Below are positions 55,481 through 61,372 of a stretch of 61,372 nt of DNA, one piece after another. The DNA is taken from positions 1 to 61,372 of IMG/VR virus record IMGVR_UViG_3300025030_000109. One strand, written 5' to 3'. Source of the DNA: a virus (lineage: Duplodnaviria; Caudoviricetes). Below the pieces are notes generated by a model. That model was not told the DNA's origin, made no database searches, and saw only the letters and a program-made list of their open reading frames with translations. Both the position numbers and the translations under genes were made by a program. How positions within the stretch are numbered: the first letter of the stretch is position 1; each line of letters starts with the position of its first letter.

Positions 55481-55789
55481 ATGTCTAAATTAGTCAGAGA
55501 CGACAATCAGAAGATCCTCCAGTTGCTTCAACCCTCGGCGGCCCACCAGGCGCTCGCCGTCTCCGCAGTCTCGGCCGCATCCGACGCTCTGGGCGACACC
55601 ACGACCCTCGTAGAGCTCTACTGCGACACGCTCTGTTTCGTGGCCCTGGGTGCTGCCCCCGTCGCAGAAGCGACCCACATCCCCGTCTACGGCGGCATCC
55701 CCCGGACTCTCGCCGTGACCCCCGGGACGAAGGTCGCAGGCATCCTCGCCGCCGGGACCGACACCCTGCGCATCGTGGAGATGGTGTAA
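55481..55789 (+). CDS. Hypothetical (probable virion) protein
   Basis: AGGAG RBS; beta-rich 102 aa. Confidence 0.6.
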   Translation: MSKLVRDDNQKILQLLQPSAAHQALAVSAVSAASDALGDTTTLVELYCDTLCFVALGAAPVAEATHIPVYGGIPRTLAVTPGTKVAGILAAGTDTLRIVEMV

Positions 55790-55792
55790 GCC

Positions 55793-57424
55793 GTGGCGAC
55801 CTACTACGTAAGCCAATCAACCGCCAACGGATACGCTATCGGCGACGACAGTCGAAGCACTGCGCAGGCTGTGAGCAAATTGACACCCTGGCTCACCGTC
55901 GATAAGGCGTACACGGCATCGGCAGCGGGTGACACTATCGTCCTGAACGACGGGACGTACACCCACGCCACGCTGCTCACTGTTGCCAAGTCACTGACGA
56001 TCAACCCCGAGACTCCTTATGGTGCGATTCTCCGCTCAGTAAACGCCACGCGGGTTATCCATCTCAACTCTACGTCAGGTGCTATCTCTCTGACACTCGG
56101 GCAAGTCGTGGTGGATGCAAACAACACATCCGCAAGCGGGATCACTTTTAACGCAGCCGCCAACCTTTACACTCTGGCGCTCAATGGAACAAAGTTCCTG
56201 AATCCTACGCTGATCGGTGTCAACGTTTCCACTTCCGCGCCTGCTGTCGCGCTCACAGCACGTAATATCATCATATCCGGTACTGCAATCACTCAATCGG
56301 GGATTTATGCTTCAGGATTGGGTGTGGGCAGCAGTGTGGACATTGACGGCATCACGGTGGACATGAGCGGCCAGACGACAAACGAGCATGGAGCGGTGGT
56401 GCTAAAAGCTGTTGCCGAAGGAGTGACAGCAACAGTGAAAAACGTAACAGGCTCCATTGTCGTTAACGCCTCGGCCAATCAACATCTTGGTGTGAGGATA
56501 TTCAATATCCCTGCCGCCGTGATTGAATATTGCAATATCAACATTTCGGGAGGCACCGGGACGGCAAGCGGAATTCTCTACTGGATAGGTTCGGACATGA
56601 CCACGCCGCTTACATCGGCTAACGGCATAATCCGGTACAACCGAGGCCAGAATTCCATGCCGGGGGGTATTCTTGCTCTGATCGGACAGGACGCCTCGGC
56701 GGTTGTCGGCACAGCCAAGAACTACAGCAATGGCGGGAAAATCTACGGTAACAACTGTTCAGGAACTGCCGCCAACAGAGCTTCATTGCACGGGTTTATG
56801 CTCGGGAACTCAACAGGCGGCGAGGCATACGGGAATTTTGCTGACTCGGTCGCTTTCCTTGTCATAGCCAAGGGGCAAGATGGCGGCGTGCTGAGCTACA
56901 ACAGCGGGACCAACATTGCAGGGATCGGCGGTCTGAGAGCTAAAGCGTCCACAGGGTCCAAGTTTTACAATAACACAGTGCAGTGTATCTCAGGCTGGCC
57001 GTTTTACGCAGACCATGACGCCACAACATCCATTTACTCGGCTGACGTCGAGTTTAAGAATAACATCGCATATGTGACTGACACTGTTACAGGCATGGTA
57101 AGGGTGAGCGTCGGTAGCACAGGCACGTTTGCCAACAACGTTTATTACTCCACGGTCGCATTGCCTGTGAACCCTTGGGTTTACCAATTAACGAATTATG
57201 CCACGTTCGAGGATTGGCAAACGGCGCAGGAGTTGACCGCTGTGTACGCAGACCCACAGATTTTGAGCAACGGCAAACTGAGGGCAAATTCACCTTGCCG
57301 CAATGCGGGCGTAGATGTTGGACTCACCGCAGACTTCGCGGGGCGACCAGTCAGGGGTTTACCGGACCTAGGGGCTTATGAGTACAGGCGACCGGCGAGA
57401 CGAGGTTTTGGCTTCGGATTCTAA
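55793..57424 (+). CDS. Right-handed beta-helix protein (tailspike/depolymerase-like)
   Basis: TYYVS, PWLTV, GDTIVLxDGTY, YNNT/KNNI repeats, SPCRNAG...DLGAYE; more AT-rich than flanks. Confidence 0.75.
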   Translation: MATYYVSQSTANGYAIGDDSRSTAQAVSKLTPWLTVDKAYTASAAGDTIVLNDGTYTHATLLTVAKSLTINPETPYGAILRSVNATRVIHLNSTSGAISLTLGQVVVDANNTSASGITFNAAANLYTLALNGTKFLNPTLIGVNVSTSAPAVALTARNIIISGTAITQSGIYASGLGVGSSVDIDGITVDMSGQTTNEHGAVVLKAVAEGVTATVKNVTGSIVVNASANQHLGVRIFNIPAAVIEYCNINISGGTGTASGILYWIGSDMTTPLTSANGIIRYNRGQNSMPGGILALIGQDASAVVGTAKNYSNGGKIYGNNCSGTAANRASLHGFMLGNSTGGEAYGNFADSVAFLVIAKGQDGGVLSYNSGTNIAGIGGLRAKASTGSKFYNNTVQCISGWPFYADHDATTSIYSADVEFKNNIAYVTDTVTGMVRVSVGSTGTFANNVYYSTVALPVNPWVYQLTNYATFEDWQTAQELTAVYADPQILSNGKLRANSPCRNAGVDVGLTADFAGRPVRGLPDLGAYEYRRPARRGFGFGF

Positions 57425-57443
57425 CTTTACGAGGTACCCATAA

Positions 57444-57845
57444 ATGGCCACCCAGACTCTCACATTCGCGCATATCCTCGGGGATAGCACGCCGTCCGCC
57501 GGCAGGACTATCAAGGCGGCGCCCACGCCGGGGCAGTTCATCGACTCCACCACCGTGGACACCGCGGCCCTGGTCCTGACCGGCGTCACGGACGCAGACG
57601 GGCTCTTGTCGCTGACCCTTCTTCAGGGGATCATCTACACCATTGCGATTGAGAAATGGGGCACGAAGACGATCCTCGTCTCCGAGGACGCCGCCAAGGA
57701 GTTCGTGACCTACCTGGGCGAGGATGCCGCAGTGGCTGGCGCGGTGGCCGGCACCTACAAGTTCCGCGACGGGGAGTCGGTCAGGTTCTTCCTCGTCCAG
57801 GACGGCGATGGAGCATACCAGCTGGGCTTCGAGGTGATGGCATGA
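57444..57845 (+). CDS. Fibre-anchor-like protein
   Basis: VTDADGLLSLTL...YTI resembles the N-terminal domain of 10240. Confidence 0.5.
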   Translation: MATQTLTFAHILGDSTPSAGRTIKAAPTPGQFIDSTTVDTAALVLTGVTDADGLLSLTLLQGIIYTIAIEKWGTKTILVSEDAAKEFVTYLGEDAAVAGAVAGTYKFRDGESVRFFLVQDGDGAYQLGFEVMA

Positions 57846-58198
57846 AACGGATCATAGCGGCAGCGGTTCTCCTCAGTTTCACAGTCTTCGCCTATGCGAA
57901 GGCACCTGTCGGCACGACTGGGACGGGCGGCAGTGGCAGCGGCACAGCCCTTCTCCCGGCGACTGCCTCAAGGCTCGGCGGCATCAAGGTCGGGGCAGGC
58001 CTGTCGGCGGCCGTCGACGGCACGCTCACGAATACAGGGGTCGAGGGACCCCAAGGACCCGCAGGACCGGCTGGCCCCGCAGGATCGCCGGGAGCGACCG
58101 GCCCAACGGGGGCGCAAGGCGTTCAAGCCCCCTCTGGCAGGTTTCAACTTCCGCGGCCCCTGGACCACCACCCCCAACTGTCTCGCTGGACGATATAA
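57842..58198 (+). CDS. Signal-peptide collagen-like protein, probably frameshifted/truncated
   Basis: MKRIIAAAVLLSFTVFAYA; PATASRLGGIKVG; about ten GXY triplets; GFNFRGPW continues in another frame. Confidence 0.6.
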   Translation: MKRIIAAAVLLSFTVFAYAKAPVGTTGTGGSGSGTALLPATASRLGGIKVGAGLSAAVDGTLTNTGVEGPQGPAGPAGPAGSPGATGPTGAQGVQAPSGRFQLPRPLDHHPQLSRWTI

Positions 58199-58225
58199 GC
58201 ATACCGATTCAGTAAGGAGCCCAAA

Positions 58226-58810
58226 TTGGCAGAGTTCCAGATCGCGGACAAGATCACCAGGCGGAACGAGGGGGGGTGGCAGAACGACCCCGCCGACACC
58301 GGGAACGACAAGCAGGGCAACGGGACCTACAAGGGCCTCGCCTCCACCAAGCAGCCCAGGTGGAAAGGGTGGCCGATAATCGCCGCCGCGATCGCCGAGC
58401 TCCCGCCGCAGCCCCGCTACTGGTCCAAGTCATATCACGCCTGGGTCGAGCGGCTGGAAGCGGCCCTCGGCGCCAACGAGGAGCTTCAGACCTTGGTTGA
58501 CGAATACTACAAGGCGAATTTCTGGGACGTGAACCGGCTGACCGATCTGCGCAGCCAGGAGGCGGCGAATCACGTCTACGACCACGGCGTGAACCGCGGG
58601 GTCGGCACGGCGGCGATCCTGCTTCAGAGAGTTCTAGGTGTCAAGCTGGACGGCAACATCGGCCCCGTGACGCTCGCCACGGCCAACAAGCTCCCGGACC
58701 TGAAGCTGGCTGAGATGTACCGCGAGGCGCGCAAGGCCGACTACAGGCATCTGGTGGAGAAGAACCCGAAACTGGCGAGATACGAGGGAACGTGGCTGAA
58801 GAGGTGCTAA
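58226..58810 (+). CDS. Endolysin, glycoside hydrolase family 108 with peptidoglycan-binding domain
   Basis: NEGGWQNDPAD, YxxNFWD, DHGVNRG, LQRVLGVKLDGNIGPVTL, WLKR. Confidence 0.9.
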   Translation: MAEFQIADKITRRNEGGWQNDPADTGNDKQGNGTYKGLASTKQPRWKGWPIIAAAIAELPPQPRYWSKSYHAWVERLEAALGANEELQTLVDEYYKANFWDVNRLTDLRSQEAANHVYDHGVNRGVGTAAILLQRVLGVKLDGNIGPVTLATANKLPDLKLAEMYREARKADYRHLVEKNPKLARYEGTWLKRC

Positions 58811-58825
58811 CAAGGAGGGCATGAG

Positions 58826-59452
58826 ATGAGAGTAGCGTTCCGCAAGAAAGGCAGCACCATCTACGCCAAGCTGATCCGGCTTTGGACCTTCGGCAAGTAC
58901 AGCCACTCGGAACTGGTCTTTTCTGACGGCCGCTCCTTCTCGTCCGACGAAGCGGATGGCGGCACACGCTGGAAGGACTGGGCGATGTCCGACGAAGAGT
59001 GGGATTTCCTGAACGTCCCCTGCACCTTCGAGCAGGAGCAGGAGATCCGCGCTTTCTGCGCCGGCGAGGAGCACTGCAAGTACGACATGGTGGGGATCGG
59101 CTTCTCCTTTCTCCCGATCCCGATCGGTGTGCAGTCGGCCGAGAAGTGGTTCTGCTCGGAAATCTGCGTCGCGGGGCTGCAGCAGATCGGCTATCTCGTG
59201 GGGTACACCCCCTCGCGCATCTCGCCGAACGCCCTGCACAAGATACTCAGCAAGGAGCTGGGGAGAATCCCCAAAGTGGTCCAGGCTGCGGCCTTATGCC
59301 TCTGCCTCGTCCTTGCCGGGTGCGCGTCGACCACGACCACCATCACCGCTCTGGGCGACGTCTACTGCACCTCCAGCGTGGACAAGCCGGTCGCAATCAC
59401 GCCGTCCCTGCAGGCAGACGGCAACGATGTGAAGTTGCCGGTGCTCCCATGA
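58826..59452 (+). CDS. Permuted papain-like amidase (YiiX-like) fused to a lipoprotein-like C-terminus
   Basis: YSHSEL, KYD, WFCSE, SPxxL; then LCLCLVLAGC lipobox at 59312-59323. Confidence 0.75.
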   Translation: MRVAFRKKGSTIYAKLIRLWTFGKYSHSELVFSDGRSFSSDEADGGTRWKDWAMSDEEWDFLNVPCTFEQEQEIRAFCAGEEHCKYDMVGIGFSFLPIPIGVQSAEKWFCSEICVAGLQQIGYLVGYTPSRISPNALHKILSKELGRIPKVVQAAALCLCLVLAGCASTTTTITALGDVYCTSSVDKPVAITPSLQADGNDVKLPVLP

Positions 59453-59622
59453 GCCCATTCTTCTGCAAGAGGCGGCACGAGACAATGGAGGAGGCCTGCG
59501 CCGACTGTGACGACTGCCCAGGGTCCGGGGTGGATCTGGTGACCAACAGCTTCCGGAGGCCCGCGATGAAGATCGAGGATGTGTTTGAAATTCTTGGTGA
59601 CATCACGCGTAACTCGGTGTAA
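59449..59622 (+). CDS. Small Cys-containing hypothetical protein (57 aa)
   Basis: ATGA overlap; MSPFFCKRRHETMEEACADCDDCPG. Confidence 0.5.
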   Translation: MSPFFCKRRHETMEEACADCDDCPGSGVDLVTNSFRRPAMKIEDVFEILGDITRNSV

Positions 59623-59625
59623 AGT
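59597..59625 (+). promoter_or_regulatory. Sigma70-like promoter for the GIY-YIG gene
   Basis: GTGACA-N17-TAAAGT. Confidence 0.55.
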
Positions 59626-59632
59626 TCCGCAC

Positions 59633-59685
59633 AACGTGGATAGGGGGCACCCGACAAAGTCAGAACTCTACTGACCTTCCACGTT
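59633..59685 (+). ncRNA. Candidate three-way-junction cis-regulatory RNA
   Basis: AACGTGGA/TCCACGTT enclosing GGG-GGCA-CCC and GTCAG-AACTCTA-CTGAC. Confidence 0.55.
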
Positions 59686-59717
59686 TCACTTAGAGACTCT
59701 TGAGAGGAGAGTGTGAC

Positions 59718-60518
59718 ATGTTGAATCAGAGCGGGATCTACCAGATCAGGAACACGGTAAACGGGAAGATTTATGTGGGGAGTTCTAAACTGCTTGGTTT
59801 GCGCTGGAAGCAGCATCGAACTGCGCTAAGAGCAGGCACGCATAGATCTAAAAATCTTCAGCGAGTCTGGAACATTTACAGCGAATCAGCTTTCGTTTTT
59901 GAACCCTTGATTACCTGCGCCAAGAGTACGCTGATCTGGTATGAGCAGCAATTCATCGACCAGCTTCAGCCGGAGTACAACAACAGGAAGCTGGCGAACA
60001 GCAACAAAGGGCACAAGCATACGCCAGGCGCCAGAGCGCGGATCAGCGCAGCATCAAAACGTTACTGGGAAGATCCTGCGACTCGTGAGCGCATGAGAGT
60101 GGCAAATACAGGGTCCAAGCGAACTGATGAGACGCGGAAACTCCTCAGCGAGAACAAGAAGAGGTTCTACATAGCTAACCCGGAGCAGCGGGAACTTTCA
60201 CGTACTCGATCCCTGGCGCGCACCGACATCACGAGGTACGAACTTGATGGAGTAACCCGAACCATCCAGGAGTGGGCCGACCACTACGGTATAGGGCAAG
60301 ACACCATTCGGCAGCGGATCAAGGCAGGCTGGGAACTTCGTGCCATTCTCACCAAGCCGACACAAAAAGCACTCATCACCTACAACGGGGAAAGTAAACT
60401 CCTCGTGGAGTGGGCCAGGGAGTATGGGCTGAAGGAAGCCACGCTCGCACAACGCATCAAGAAGTGGGACATGCGCAAGGCGCTGACAACACCAGTGCGC
60501 GATTGGAGCAACCGCTAA
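59718..60518 (+). CDS. GIY-YIG homing endonuclease with NUMOD3-like repeats
   Basis: SGIYQIRNTVNGKIYVGSS, R..QH, EQQFID...YN, KHTPGARARIS, KRTDETRKLLS. Confidence 0.9.
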   Translation: MLNQSGIYQIRNTVNGKIYVGSSKLLGLRWKQHRTALRAGTHRSKNLQRVWNIYSESAFVFEPLITCAKSTLIWYEQQFIDQLQPEYNNRKLANSNKGHKHTPGARARISAASKRYWEDPATRERMRVANTGSKRTDETRKLLSENKKRFYIANPEQRELSRTRSLARTDITRYELDGVTRTIQEWADHYGIGQDTIRQRIKAGWELRAILTKPTQKALITYNGESKLLVEWAREYGLKEATLAQRIKKWDMRKALTTPVRDWSNR

Positions 60519-61372
60519 TGGCTGAAGGAATTGACTACACACCCAGTCCTGTAATTCGGGAATTCATGCGGGACAACTCCTTCTTCCGCGTGGTGAAGGG
60601 GCCATACGGGTCCGGAAAAACGACCGGGTGTATCATGGAGGCGCTCCGACGATGCATCCAGATGCCGCCCTGCCCAGACGGAGTGCAGCGCAGCAGATGG
60701 GTCTTTGCGCGTAATACGAAAAGCCAACTTACCGACACCCTTCTCAGATCTGTTCTGGAGCTTATCCCGCCGGGACTCGGGTCGTGGAGCGTATCCAACT
60801 TCATCTACACACTGAAGTTCGGGACCGTACATGCGGAGTGGCTCTTCCGGAGCTTGGATTCTCCGGAGGACATCCAGCGACTACTGAGCCTGCAGCTAAC
60901 GGGAATTTTTATTGAGGAATGCCGTGAGATTCCGCTAACTTTGGTGCTGGAGGCGCAGACAAGGCTTCGGCGATTCCCGAGAATTCAAGATGTCCCCGAG
61001 TACTGGAGCGGCATGATCTGCGCTACGAACCCCCCAGAAATAGATTCCGACTGGTACAAGCTGATGGAGCATCTGCCGCAAAAAGAGGACGAACCAACTA
61101 CGATAGTGCCCGCAGCTGTTTTCAAGCAACCCTCGGCGATGTCCCCCGAAGCCGAGAACCTGCAATACCTACACAAGGACTACTACACCGACCTTATGAA
61201 GGGGAAATCTCAGGATTGGATAGACACGAACATCCACAACCTGTACTCCAAATCCCAATTCGGCAAGCCAGTCTATGAACGCTCTTTCCAATACGACAAA
61301 CGGGTGCAGTCGAACTTACCCATCTATCAAAACCTACCAGTGGTGGTCGGGATCGATGGGGCTCGGAATCCG
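60518..61372 (+). CDS. terL: Terminase large subunit, N-terminal ATPase part (runs off the end, continues at the window start)
   Basis: TAATG coupling; Walker A GPYGSGKTT, ARNT, Walker B IFIEE, TNPP; absent from the ORF track because no stop before the end. Confidence 0.92.
   Translation, partial: MAEGIDYTPSPVIREFMRDNSFFRVVKGPYGSGKTTGCIMEALRRCIQMPPCPDGVQRSRWVFARNTKSQLTDTLLRSVLELIPPGLGSWSVSNFIYTLKFGTVHAEWLFRSLDSPEDIQRLLSLQLTGIFIEECREIPLTLVLEAQTRLRRFPRIQDVPEYWSGMICATNPPEIDSDWYKLMEHLPQKEDEPTTIVPAAVFKQPSAMSPEAENLQYLHKDYYTDLMKGKSQDWIDTNIHNLYSKSQFGKPVYERSFQYDKRVQSNLPIYQNLPVVVGIDGARNP
61247..61372. repeat. 126-bp terminal direct repeat (copy 2)
   Basis: Identical to 7-132. Confidence 0.95.

Noticed and set aside
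59700-60518. Group I intron hosting the GIY-YIG or HNH genes
   Set aside because: Flanking genes are intact, not split, and no intron core was recognised; the endonucleases appear free-standing
1-61372. tRNA or rRNA genes; alternative genetic code
   Set aside because: No cloverleaf with T-loop consensus noticed in intergenic gaps (not scanned computationally); all three stop codons terminate full-length genes under the standard code

Overview
The window is an apparently complete, circularly permuted ~61.2 kb genome of a tailed dsDNA phage: bases 7-132 recur at 61247-61372 and the large terminase reads through the join. It is podovirus-like, with an N4-gp56-type capsid, no tape measure or sheath, and large putative ejection proteins. 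Plus strand 53.8 kb -> end -> 26.4 kb holds the packaging, lysis, head, tail and ejection genes. These include an Acb2/Tad1-like immune-signal sponge candidate next to the capsid gene, a 1711-aa Ig/MBG adhesin-like protein and a 2398-aa PLxRFG polyvalent protein. Minus strand 49.2 -> 26.4 kb holds replication and nucleotide genes: PolA, ATP ligase, Cas4-like nuclease, kinase, ThyX, VRR-NUC, SNF2 helicase, Nmad5, DHH, primase-DUF927, C5 methylase and Nudix. These are driven by a family of AATAAAGTTCTTGAC promoters. Plus strand 49.9-53.3 kb is a cassette of small early genes with a 217-bp promoter/ORF duplication. The most striking feature is a 325-aa intein in polymerase motif B with no in-frame endonuclease. 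Instead a complete HNH-type homing endonuclease is nested inside it in the +1 frame with its own Shine-Dalgarno. Other leads are a three-way-junction RNA leader that could occlude the RBS of a GIY-YIG endonuclease, an ACTCAnTGAGT operator at two late promoters, and a papain-amidase/lipoprotein fusion. No integrase, tRNA, rRNA or CRISPR array was seen. All family assignments come from motif recognition by eye, not database searches.
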